A DNA stretch of 64,000 bases, taken from positions 71,736,001 to 71,800,000 of the forward strand of contig NC_045696.1 of NCBI RefSeq assembly GCF_009834535.1. Reading direction: 5' to 3'. Below the pieces are notes generated by a model. It saw only the letters and a list, made by a program, of their open reading frames with translations. It was not told the DNA's origin and did not search any database. Position numbers and translations under genes: made by a program. Positions 27,430 to 39,705 of this stretch are shown here, one piece after another. Every line of letters begins with the position of its first letter. Position 1 is the stretch's first letter. This DNA is from Camelus ferus. Lineage: Eukaryota.

Positions 27430-28817
27430 TAGTTCTGTGGGAAATGTCATTGATATTTTGACAGGGATTGCAGTCACTCTGTAGATTGCTTTGGCTTGTA
27501 TGATCTTTTAACAATTTTAATGCTTCTAATCAAGGAACACAGTATATCTTTCCATCTGTTATTGTATTCAGTTTCTTTCATCATTGTCTTATGGTTTTCT
27601 GAATACAGGTCTTTTACCTCCTTGGTTAGATTTATTCCTAGGTATTTTATTCTTTTTGATGTGACTGTAAATGGAATTGTTTTCTTAATTTCTCTTTCTG
27701 ATAGTTCATTGTTAGTATATAGAAATGCAACAGATATTAATTTTGTAGTCTTCAACTTTACTGAATTAATTAATGAGCTCTAATAGTTTTCTGGTGGTGC
27801 CTTTAGGATTTTCTATGTATAGTATCGTGCCAACTGCAAATAGTGACAGTTTTACTTCTTCATTTCCAATTTGGATTCCTTTTATTCATTTTGTCCTTGT
27901 CTGATTGCTGTGGCTAGGACTTTAAAAACTACATTGAATAAAAGTGGCTAGACTGGGCATCTTTGTCTTGTTCCTGATCTTAGAGGAAATGCTTTCAACT
28001 TCTCACCATTGAGTATAGTGTTAGCTGTGAGTCTGTTATAAATGGGCTTTATTATGTTGGGCTATATTCCCTTTATACCCCCTTTGTTGAGAATTTTTAT
28101 CATAAATGGATGTTAAATTTTGTCAGAAGCTTTTCCTGTGTCTATTGAGATGATTATATGATTTTTATTCTTCAATTTATTAATGTGGTGTATCACATTG
28201 ATTAATTTGTATATATTGTATATATTGCATCCCTGGGATGAATCCCACTTGATCATAGTGTATCATTGTTTTAATGTATTGTTGGGTTCGATTTGCTAAT
28301 ACTTTTTTGATGATCTTTGCATGTATGTTCATCAGGGATATAGGCTTGTAGTTTTCCTTGTTGGGGGTATCTTTGTCTGGTTTTGATATATGGTGATGCT
28401 GGCTTCATAGAATAAGTTCAGAAGTTTTCCTTCCCCTGCAATTTTTTGGAACAGGTGGTAGGTGTTACCTTTTCTCTAAATGTTTGGTAGAATTCACCTG
28501 TGAAGCCATCTGGTCCTGGACTTTTGTTTGATGGGAGTTTTTTAAATTACTGATTCAGTTTTGTTACCAGTAATTGGTCCATTCATGTTTTCTATTTTCT
28601 CCTTGGTTCAGTCTTGAGAGAGTGTACGTTTCTAGAAATTTGTTCTTTTCTTCTAGGTTGTCTATATTTTTAGCATATAATTGTTTGTAGTAATCAATTG
28701 TACTCATTTGTATTTCTGTGGTATTGGTTGTAACTTCTTTTTCATTTCTGATTTTATTGATTTGGACCCTCCCTTTTTTTCTTATTGAATCTGGCTAAAG
28801 GTTTATCAATTTTATTT
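27430..28817 (-). mobile_element. L1 ORF2 (RT region) segment, the inverted 5' part of the 27430-30838 element
   Basis: ORF 27474..27755(-) encodes the L1 ORF2 peptide SVAFLYTNNELSEREIKKTIPFT...IKYLGINLTKEVKDLY. Stops and frameshifts are present. Confidence 0.93.
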
Positions 28818-30838
28818 GGAGCAAATAATTTAAAAATTCATATGGAAACACAAAAGACCCTGAATAGACAAAACAATCTTAAGAAAGAAGAACAAAGTGG
28901 AGGTATCACACTCCCCGATTTCAAATTACTCTACAAAACTACAGTAATCAAAATAGTATGCTACTGGCACAAAAACAGACACATAGATCAATGGAACAGA
29001 ATCAAACCCACACTTATATGGGCAATTAATCTATGACAAAGGGAACAAGAATATGGGGAAAATCCAGCCTCTTCAACAAGTGGTATTGGGAAAACTGGAC
29101 AGCTATATGCAAAAGAATCAACCCGGACTACTCTTTCACATCAGACACAAACATAAATTCAAAATATATTAACAACTTAAATATAAGACCTGAAACCATA
29201 AAACTTCTAGAAAAAAATAGGTGGTCTACTCTTTGATACCAGTCTTTGTAATATTCTTTTGGGTAAGTCTCCTCAGGCAAGGAAAACAAAAGCAAAAATA
29301 AACAAATGGCACTACATCATACTAAAAATCCTTTGCACAGCAAAAGAAACTATTAATAGAACAAAAAAGCCACCTACTGAATGGGAGAAGGTATTCTCAA
29401 ATGATATATCTGATAAGGGATTAATATCTAAAATGTACAAAGAATTCATACAAGTCAACATCAAAAAAACAAACAACCCAATTAAAAAATGGTCAGAGGA
29501 TCTGAATAGACATTTTTCCAAAGAAGACATAGAGATGGCCAACAGGCACATGAAGAGACTCAACATCACTAATCATGATGGAAATGCAAATCAAAACTAC
29601 AACGAGATATTATCTCATGCCTGTTAGAATGGGTCTTATCAAAAAGACAACAAATAACAAGTGTTCATGAGGATGTGGAGAAAAGATTTCTAAATCATAG
29701 AGTACCATTAGTGTGAATGTAAATTGATACAGCCACTATGAAAAACTATGGAGGTTCCTCAAAAAATTAAAAATAGAACTAACATATGATCCAGCAATAT
29801 CACCCCTGGATATTTAGCTGAAGAAAAAAAAACCACTAATTAGAAAAGTTATACACATCCCTATGTTCATTGCAGCATTATTTATAATAGCCAAGGTATG
29901 GAAACAACCTAAGGTTAATCAGCAGATGAATGGATAAGGAAGATGTGTACACACACACACACATATATGTAAAATATATATAACAGAATATTACTTAGCC
30001 AAAAAAAAAAAGAAATCTTACCATTTGTGACAACATGGATGGACCTAGAGTGTATTATATTAAGTGAAATAAGTTAGACAAAGAAAGATAAATACTGTGT
30101 GACATCACTTATATGGAGAATTTGAAAACATAAAACAAATGAACAAATGTAACAAAACAGAAACAGAGTTATTGATACAGAGTACAAACAGGTGTTTGCC
30201 AGAGGGGAGATGGGTGAGGTGAGGAAAGAAATAGGTGAGGACGATTAAGAGATACAAACACTAGTTGCAAAATAAATGAGTCACAGGTATGAAATGTGCA
30301 GTGTGGGGAATATAGTCAATGATTATGTAGTATCTTTGTATTGTGACATATTGTAACTAGACTTATGGCGATAATCAGTTTGTAATGAATAGAAATATCG
30401 AATCACTATGTTATGTAACAGGAACCAACATAGTGTTGCAGGTCAGTTATACTTCAAAAACAAACAAATGAACAATCTCATAGAAAAAGGGATCAGATTT
30501 GTGGTTACCAGAGGCAGGAGGTGGGGAAAGGAAATTGGATAAAGGCAGGCAAAAGGTAGAAACTTCCAGTTATAAGATAAATAAGTACTAGGGATATAAT
30601 GTACAACGTGATAAATATAATTAACACTGCTGTATGTTATATATGAAAGTTGTTAAGAGAGTAAATCCTAAGTTCTCATCACAAGAGAAAAGTTCTTTCT
30701 ATTGAAATGATGATGTTCACCAAATTTATTGTGAAAATCACTTCATGATGTATGTCAATCATATCATTTTGCTGTGTACCTTAAACTTACACAGTGCTGT
30801 ATATCAATTATATCTCAATAAAACTGGAAGAAAAAATT
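28818..30838 (+). mobile_element. L1 ORF2 C-terminal part plus 3'UTR, the non-inverted part of the same element
   Basis: ORFs 28785, 29033 and 29259 give [39 protein letters not shown] and [25 protein letters not shown]. Ends with AATAAA at 30817-30822 and an A-rich tail. Confidence 0.93.
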
Positions 30839-31474
30839 ATTGAGATACCAAAAACAAAAAAATTGTCACAACCCATAACAAGCAAGTAGCTTTCTCCCCT
30901 ATTTATTGTGTGATGTGGGTTGTTTTGGTAATGGAGTGGTCTGAAACCAGAATTGAGATATAATTGGAGACAGTGGGTTTTTAAAATTATCTTTTATTCA
31001 AATTGCTGAATGCTTTATATTACAGTAAATTTGATTAAAAATGAGAAAAGAAATAAATTTTCTTTAATCAATAAAATGAATGTTGCTTTTGAAAAATGAA
31101 GCTTTGGATGGAGAGCAGGAAACACCATGCTCTCCACCAGTCATTATGTGGTCAGTGAATTTTCCTAAGACTCTGTGAGCCAGAGAGGGTATTAACTCTT
31201 TACTGTTTATTTTATTATTTTATACTATTTACTTATATGCTAATTATTACATGACTTTTTACTATTTATTACTTACCATTTTAAGAGATCCTGAAAATGA
31301 TGGTAAAGGAAGATTCAGAATTAGTCCAAAATACCTTATTAAAGGACTCTAGGCATTAGCACAAGTACCTTTCTGATTGAATAATCTTTACAACTTAACT
31401 GGGATGATAAACATTGCATTATGTTTAGTAATGATGTGCAGTAATTATTATCAATCAGAATAGTCTAAGTTAAA

Positions 31475-31695
31475 AGTCATCATACTTTTTCTGTAAAAAA
31501 TCAGAGTAAATATTTTAGGCTTTGCAGGCTGTATGGTCTCTGTCTCAACTACTGACCTCTGCTGTTGTAGCTCAAAAGCAACCATGAACAACATGCAAGC
31601 AACTGAGTGTATCTGTGGCTGTGTTCCAATTAAACTTTGTTTACAAAATGGGAGTAGAGTGGAGTTGGCACATGGATTGTAGTTTGCTGGCCCCT
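31475..31695. mobile_element. MER58A (hAT-Charlie)
   Basis: tttctgtaaa..gtaaatattttaggctttgcaggc..gtctctgtctcaactact..ggctgtgttccaattaaacttt..gtagtttgctggcccct. Confidence 0.82.
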
Positions 31696-31699
31696 AATG

Positions 31700-31880
31700 C
31701 TAGTTCTCAATCATTAGCATGCATCAGAATCATTTAGAGAACTTGCTGAAACACAGATGCTGGTCCTAGTCCAGAGTTTCTGATTCAGTGGGTTTGGTGT
31801 GGGGTGGAATAATTTGCATTTCTAACAAACTCCCAGGAGATGCTGATACTGCTGGTCCAAGGACCACACTTTGAGTACTG
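31700..31880. mobile_element. MER5A (hAT-Charlie), abutting the MER58A
   Basis: gttctcaa..tgcatcagaatca..gtttctgattcagtggg..atttgcatttctaacaa..ggaccacactttgag. Confidence 0.85.
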
Positions 31881-32284
31881 TCCACATTTACAGAGATGGA
31901 TATTAAGATCAGGTAGAAGGAAGAAACATGTATAAATTCACATAACTGGTGAAAGGCAAAACTTAGAACTTAGATTTCCTGGCTCCTGGCTCATGCCGTT
32001 TCCACATCAGGAAGCTTTCAGATAATGTTGTGTGGCCATGTCCATGATCTGACTTACACATTTATGTCTATATTTCTTGGCATATCAACTTTAGACGATA
32101 TCTTGTGATTCTTCCCTGTGGAAAATGAATTTTGCCTATTTATCATGCTTCTCTCGTCTTGCTCTCTTCACCTCATAATTTTTGTTAGTTACATAATTGT
32201 TTTTAGATCATGTAATGGTTACCATTATAAATTTAAACAACACACTTAACTTCTGTCTGGTGATTCAGCCACTAGTCAGTATCA

Positions 32285-32416
32285 ACAGGTAGTTGAGTCC
32301 AAGACCCTCGTGGATACCAAAATCGCCTTTGCTCAATTTCCTTACACAAAGTGGCAGAGTACAGTCAGCCCTGCATATCTGTGGATGCGGACTGCGGGTA
32401 TGGAGGGCCAATTGTA
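32285..32416. mobile_element. MER2/Tigger2-like fragment
   Basis: ccaagaccctcgtggataccaaaatc..gctcaa..tacagtcagccctgcatatc..gtatggagggccaattgta. Confidence 0.6.
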
Positions 32417-33579
32417 TCCACTAATTTTTCTACTATGCATTTGCGTCTTTCTTTACTCTCTCTTATCCTTCAAGTGATTTATAATGTATTTTATATTTTT
32501 ACTATAAATGTTTTTCTTTGATTTTAGGTTGATTTTAAATAATAGAAATTAGTAAAATGCTTTTATTTATGTAATATGATCAGACCTCTAGCATAAGAGA
32601 TGTAATCCTGTGTCATTAAACCTGTGTCACACAAAAGACAATGCCACAAATGTTAAGGTGAAATGAGTTTCCTTTTCTCGCACTCCATGAGTTGCTCAAA
32701 ATCATGCTACAATTTAATTCATTTCAGACTCAGGCAATGACTTTTTATATACCTTTTCTCCTAGCATTTGTAATCGCCTTTCTTTTTTCTTGTTTATAGA
32801 ATGGCAAATCTTGTTATCACCTTATTGATATCTTGCAGATTCTTTATCATAGAGTTTGTGTAATGCATACATCTTCTTCTTGGAGATAACTCCTTTGAGC
32901 CCTCTGGCCTAATTTTTTAATTCAGATTGCTGTCTAAACGTGCTATGAGCTGTCAACCTTGGACTGCTTTTTATTCTCTCTGGGAAGGTCATTCTTTCTG
33001 CTTTAGATTTCATTTTCATTAAAAACAAACAAACAAACAAAAAAAACTTTCCATTTATTTCTTTTTCAGAAAGGGTGTATGGTAAGTGAATCTAGTAAGA
33101 TCTTGAATGTCAGAAAATGGCTGCATTTTTACTTCCCACTTGATTGGCAATCTGTCTGAGTATGGAATTTTTTTTTTTTAATGTAAAATGACATTGATCC
33201 ATTGATTTCTAGCATTAGTGTTGCTGATAAGGCTGATCCTCCTCACAGGACCCGAGTCTCATTCCTTAATAGGTAAGCTATTCCTGCACAAAGGAAGCGT
33301 TTGTGATTTTTTCTTTATGTTTTGTAGGTTTAAAATGTCAAATCTTTTTCTTTCTTTCTGCTGGGACTTTGACCTAAAGATTCAAGTCTCTTTTAGGCTT
33401 AGAATATTTTTCTGTCATGTCTTTGCTTATTTCTTTCCTCCAACTGTTTTCTGCCTCTGGAACTCAAATAAGAGGAACATTGCATCTTCTAAATCTCTCT
33501 TCTGTGTCTTTAACTTTTCTTTTATATTTTTTCACCTCTTTATATATATATATATATTATTTAAAATGTAAAGTGATAT

Positions 33580-36500
33580 GCACATATATAAATTATCTGT
33601 TCATGTATCTGCTCTTTTTTTCTATCGATTTTTTAATCTTTATTTTCCCATTACTTTTAAGAATTCTTTATGAATTAGGGATATTAGCCCTTTTTCTGTA
33701 ATGCATGTTGCTTATAGTTTCTCTCACTTCTTAATTTATCCTTTGACTCTGCTTAGAATTTTTTTGCCATGTGAAATTTTTATATCATCAAATATATCAG
33801 TGTTTCTTTTAATGCATCTGGATTTTGAGCCATTGTCAGAGAACTTTCCTATACCTAGGTTATAGAGGAATTTGCCCAAGCTTTCTTGTAATGCAGTATG
33901 ATTTTATGTTTTACATTGGGTGTTTATTTTGTGTGTGTGATATGAGATGTAGATCTAAGTTTATCTTTTTCCAAATGGCTATCCAGTTATCCTAACACCA
34001 TTAATTTAAAAAATTCATCTTCACCTCAGTGATTTGAGAGTAAATTGGCCTCTGTATTTGTAAGTGAATAATATACTATTTTAATTACAAGGATTTAAAT
34101 ATCTTTAATATCTGGTAGGATTAATTCCCCCACGCCTCTCAGGTCCTTAAGTTTTACTTACTTTTTTCATGTTTTCCTGACTGTTCTTTCCTTTCTTCTT
34201 CCTTATTTCCTTTCTATGTGTCTAGCTCCATTAAAAAAGAAAAGAAAAGGAAAAAAAAATACAAAAACACTTGTTGATCTTTTCATTGAGACTGTGTTAA
34301 ATTTATAAATTAACTCAGGAAAAAGTGATATATTTATACTGTTAAAATAATCCTATCAATAAGAAGAAAAGTCTTTCCATTTGTTAAAATCTACCTTTGT
34401 GTCTTTCAGGAGTGTTTAAAATTTTCTTAACATTTTTGCGTATTTATTGTTAAGTTTATTCCATTGTATTTTGTTTGTCGCTATTCTAAGTGGGATAGCT
34501 CTACTGTTATATATGTTAAATGGTAATTTTATTTTGGTATTGTCTTTATTCAGTCTAGGTATCAATGTCATACTTGCTTCATAAATAGCATTTCAAAGTT
34601 TTCTTTCAGTTTTTAAACTGGGAAACAATTTTTGTGGTATTGGGACTTTATGGTCATTGATGATTTAAATTCTCCTGTGAAACTGCCCAGTGAATCTGGG
34701 CCTTGATAACTTTCTCTGTTTCTCCCATGGAAATTGGCCTATTAAAGCTTTATGTTTCTAATGAGATCAATTTTAGTAAATTATATTTTCCTAGGAAATC
34801 ATCTATTTATGTCTTGGTTTTCAAGTTTATTTGCATAGAAATATGCAGAGTAGTTTCTTAGATAATTAAATTTTCTTGTGTTTCAGTGGTTATTTTCCCT
34901 TTGCCAGTGTCTTAGTTTGCATACCTGTGCTTCGTCCTTTTTTTCACCCTTGATTAAGTTAGCTAGTGGCTTATTTATTTTTTAATTTAAAAAATGCTAT
35001 TCTGATTTTTTAATTAGAGCTACTGCTTTTCTCTTTTCTACCTTATTCATTCTGCCTTTATTTTTAATATCTTCTTCCCTGTGCTTTCTTAGTTTGCTTT
35101 GTTTTTTCTCATTTTTTGAGTTGAAAGTTAAATTTATTTTTATCCTTTTATTTTATAGATATAAATGTTTTATGAATTTTCTTTGACACTGCTTTAAATG
35201 TAGCCCATAAATTCTGATATGTAGTATTTTCATTATCACTATATCTTAGAAATTCTGTGATTACATTTTATATTTTCCCCTTACTGAAGAGTGTTTTTGT
35301 TTTTGGGTTTTTTTTGAAGAGATGTTCAACAGAAGATTTTTCAAAGTTTCAGATATTTTCTTTGTGGCCCTATATCAAGACCAATTTTTCTGGATGTTCC
35401 ATGTGTGCTTGAAAAGAAGATGAATCCTGTATTATCAGGATGTAAAATTAATGCATATCCATTAGCTCTTCCTTACCAATTATGTTCTTTAAGTATTCCG
35501 TGACCTTATCAATATGTTGTCTATTCTGGCTTACGCTGAAAATGTTGTATTAGAATCACCTAGGTAAAATATATTTCTATCTGTCTCCTTGTATCTCCTG
35601 TAGTTTCTGCTTTAAAAAGCTGGTTAGTCCCCATACCTCATGGTCGCTCTCGCTCCATCTCGCTCACCTTCTGAGACGGCCCGCACTCTGTCTGTGGAGT
35701 GTGTATCCACTTTTACTTTAAACACCCTACACCTCTTGGCTTCTCTTCCTCTCACCTTTCTGAGATGGCCCACATTCTGCTCATGGAGTGTGTATCTCCT
35801 AAGCCGTTTTCCCTTCTGAGAGAGACAGATTGCACTCTGTCTATGGAGTGTGTATCTCTCTAACTTACTTTCACTTAAAAAAAAAAAAGCTGGTTATTAG
35901 GGTATTTGGAACATAGATATTTATAACTATTATATCTTCATTGTGAATTGTGACTTTTAGCATTAGAAAGTGTTCCTTGTGATGTTTAATGCTCTATGGC
36001 TTGAATGCTACTTTGCTACTTTGTCTGATACCAAGACTGAAACCCCTTGCTATTATTTCCATTTGCCTAGTATACTTTTGCTAATTCCTTTATTTTTAGC
36101 CTTTCTGAATTACTTTGTTCTAGAGCTTTTTCTTGGATACAGTATATAGTTGGTTTTTACTTTGTGAGTCAAATTGAAAATCTTTTTCTTTTATTAAATG
36201 AATTAAGCCCATTGATATTTATTGATGTGATTGATATATTTGGTTTCTATATGTCATTATTTTATAACTTCTGGATGCATTAGCCTTTTTTTAGTGCCCT
36301 TAGTCCCTTTAAAAAATACATTTTACTATCTTTTTTTTTTTTTTTTTTTTTTAGTTTTCAGTGATATCTGTTGATTCCTACCTATTGCTTATACAACAGG
36401 TAATGAACTTCCTCTTTTCTCTTCCTCTCTCCTTTCTCCTCCTATCTTTTAACTTGTATTATTTCTGTATCTTATTCTCCCACCCTGGTTAGCATTAGAC

Positions 36501-37400
36501 CTACCATTAAATGGATTAAATTAATCCCTTTGCTGAAGTTTCCCCAAATTATCTCATGATTGGATGAAGGTCAATCCTTACTAGATTCTTCAAAAAGGAG
36601 TCATAGGTACAGAATTCCCTGAGTTTTTATATGTTTATAACTGTTTTAAAATTATTAATGAAAATTAATAATTGCCTTAATAATTGAAAGCCAGCTTGTC
36701 AGGATGTAAAATTCTTGGTTCACACTTTTTGTTCATGAATTGCTGTGGAATGCTATTTCATTCTTTCCTTGATTTGTATGTTGCTTTTGAAAAGTAAGCT
36801 ATTTTCTTTTTCCTAGAAGTGCTTAGAATTTTTACTTTATCCTTAAAGCCTAACAAATTTACTAGGATATGTCTGAGTTGATTGTTTCAGACAAATTTTC
36901 CTGGTAGGCACCTACCTACTAGGTCCTTACAGGTTTATGTAGACTCAGGTCTTTTTTGTTTGTTTGTTTGGGGAAAGTTTTCTTAGATTATGCTTGTAAG
37001 TATTATTTTTGTTCCTTTGTTTTTAGTCTTTAGGAACACCAAGTATAATATGTTGGTTCTGTTTTTGTCTGGCTTCCGTTTCCACCACTTTCTTTCTAAC
37101 CTTTTTTACTTTTTTTTTTTTTTTCCCCATTTCATTTGCTAGGTTGTTTTCTTTATGCTATTCACTGCCCCTTATTAAACTTTTGTTCAAATATGTTACT
37201 CCTTGGGTATCTTATAATTTAGACTCCATTTCTTATATGATTTTTGTCTTTTCCTTTTATTTTTCTGACTTCAATCAACTCTTATTTTATTTCTTCTTTT
37301 CTTTATATATTAAACAAAATCCATTTCTGTTCTTGGTTTTTGAGTTTTTTATTTATGGTGTCCCCTGTGCCCCATCCCCTGTATGCTTGCTTATAGACAT
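33580..37400 (-). mobile_element. Ancient, fragmented L1 tract
   Basis: T-rich degenerate antisense L1 motifs (gttccatgtgtgcttgaaaagaag, ctgctttaaatgtagcccataaattctgatatg). Interrupted at 35627-35883. Confidence 0.6.
35627..35883 (+). mobile_element. 257-bp polyadenylated insert with a perfect 13-bp TSD and three internal ~45-bp repeats; probably a retroposed ERV LTR transcript 3' end
   Basis: TSD aaaaagctggtta at 35614-35626 and 35884-35896; A12 run at 35877-35888; ttt/aaaaa target site. Confidence 0.8.
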
Positions 37401-37493
37401 GTAAATCAGTTTGGATAGCTATGTACAGGCTTTTGTCTGCTTAATGACTAATTTTTTGGAGAAATTTTTGTTATCTAAAAACTTTTTAATAGA

Positions 37494-38598
37494 TTTTTTT
37501 AAACAGCAGTTTTAAGTTCACAGCAAAATTGAGTGGAAAATTCAGAGATTTCCCATATACTCCTGGCTCTCACACACCCAACCTCCCCATTAACATCCAG
37601 TACCAGAGTAGTACATTTGTTACAATTGATGAACCTGTATTGGCACATCATTAACACCCAGAGTCCATAGTTTATATTGGGGTTCAGCCTTGGTGTTGGG
37701 ACATACAATGGATTTAGATAAATGTATAATGACATGTATCTACAATTATAGTGTCATACTGAATAGTTTCACTGCCCTAAAAATCCTGTGTTCCACCTAT
37801 TCATCCATCTCATGCTCCCATCTCCCAATCCCTATCAACCACTAATTTTTACTGCCTCTATAGTTTTGCTTTTTGCAGAATGTTATATAGTTGGAATCAT
37901 TTGGTATGTAGCATTTTCAGATTGACTTCTTTCAGTTAGTAATATGTTTCTTCCATGAATTTTCATGGCTTGATAGCTCATTTTTTTCAGTACTAAATAA
38001 TATTTCATTGTCTGGATGTTCTACAATTTATCCATTTACCTAGTGAAGGATATGTTGGTTGCTTTCAAGTTTTGGTAACTATGAATAAAGCTACTGTAAA
38101 CATCAATGTGTGAGTTTTTGTGTGAAGAGAAGTTTTCAGCTCATTTAGGTAAATACCAAGGAGTACACTTATATAAGGATGTTTAGTTTTGTAAGACACA
38201 CACCAAACTGTATTTCAAAGTGGCTGTACCATTTTGAATACCCACCAGCAATGAATGAGAATTCGTATTGCTTCACATCCTTGCCAAAATTTGGTATTGT
38301 CAGTATTTAGGATTTTGGCTATTCTAATAAGTATGTAGTGGAATTTCATTGTTGCTTTAATTTGCAATTTCCTAATGACATATGTTGTTAAACATCTTTT
38401 CATATGCTTAGTTTCTAGCTGTATATTTTCTTCTGTGAGGTATCTGTTTTAGGTTTTTTGCGCAGTTTTTAATTTGGTTGGTTGTGTTCTTATTGTTGAA
38501 TTTTAGAAGTTCTTTGTATTTTGGATAATCGTTCTTTATTATATATGTCTTTTGCAAATATTTTCTTCCAGTTTTTGGCTTGTCTTCTCACTCTCTTT
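37494..38598 (-). mobile_element. L1MC1/2-like 3' end
   Basis: cagcagttttaagttcacagcaaaattgagtggaaa..gtacatttgttacaattgatgaacct. ORF 38215..38403(-) is L1 ORF2 C-terminal-like. Confidence 0.8.
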
Positions 38599-38784
38599 TT
38601 CTTTTAACACTTTTATTATGGTATGATTCTTGTACAGTAAACTACACATATTTCAGATGTACAATCTGATTGATTTTGATAGATGTATATACCAATGAAA
38701 CCACCACCACAGTCAAGATAGCTAACATTTCTATCACTCCCCAAGAGGTGCAAATTTCAAATTCCCAATTTATCCCTTCTCTTT

Positions 38785-39220
38785 CCCTTTACCTCCTGGT
38801 AACCGTAAGTTTGTTCTCTGTGTCTGTGAGTCTGCTTCTGTTTTGTAAATAAGTTCATTTCTATCCTTTTTTAAAAATTCCATAAATAAGCAAAATCACA
38901 TGACATTTTTCTTTCTCTTTCTGGCTTACTTCACTTAGAATGATGATCTCCAGGTCCATCCATGTTGCTGCAAATGGCATTATTTTAGTCCTTTTTATGG
39001 CTGAGTAGTATGCCATGTATAAATATACCACGTCTTCTTTATCCAGTTATCTGTTGATGGACATTTTGGTTGTTTCCATGTCTTGGCTATTATAAATAGT
39101 GCTGCTCTGAACATTGGGTTACATGTGTCTTTTCGAATTATATTTTCCTCTGGATATACGCCCAGGAGTGGAATTGCTGGGTCATATGGTAAGTCTTTTT
39201 TTAGTTTTTTGAGGAATCTC
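38785..39220 (-). mobile_element. Younger L1 fragment (ORF2 end plus 3'UTR)
   Basis: ORF 38995..39231(-) RFLKKLK.DLPYDPAIPLLG.YP...TC.PMF.AALF.IAKTWKQPKCPSTD.WIKK.WYIYT is the L1 ORF2 C-terminus. Confidence 0.9.
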
Positions 39221-39705
39221 TGTCTCTGCATCCTCTTGAAGCTATAAAGTTTTGATTCTCATTTTTTCCCCTTTATAGTAGCTTTGTATAATATCTTTGC
39301 AATTAGTGAACAGGTTTGATGGTTTGGGGTGGTTTACAAGATTCTTAGTTCAAGAATGCCATCTTTTGTTGATATAGCTAAGTGTAGTTTCTTTCATCAA
39401 TGGACTTAAAACATTTTTTGGAGATTAAGGGAAGGGGTTTGTATCCTTGATTTTTATTTTTTTGTCTTGTAGGATGCTAAATTTTCCTCTTGCTTATTTT
39501 TGCCTTTACTACACAGTCACCAACTCTCCTTTCATTTCCTTTTCTCTCCTAGAAGCTTTGCCTTCCCAAGACTGCCTCTTTAAGTCTTTCTCTAGTCAGT
39601 ACCCTGATGTACCAGGACTGTCTTTTTAGTATCTTTCCACTTAGGGTGCACTTCTCTTTTCTGGGAATGGTTTATCTCAATCCCCTCTTTTCTTGACTGT
39701 CCTTA

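Noticed and set aside
27474..29627. ORFs with reverse-transcriptase-protein similarity as a possible functional gene
   Set aside because: Fragmented L1 ORF2 with stops, frameshifts and an inversion; not retrotransposition-competent.
35663..35856. Three spaced repeats superficially like a CRISPR array
   Set aside because: Mammalian context, degenerate units, unequal spacing and no cas genes. Explained as internal repeats of a retroposed insert.
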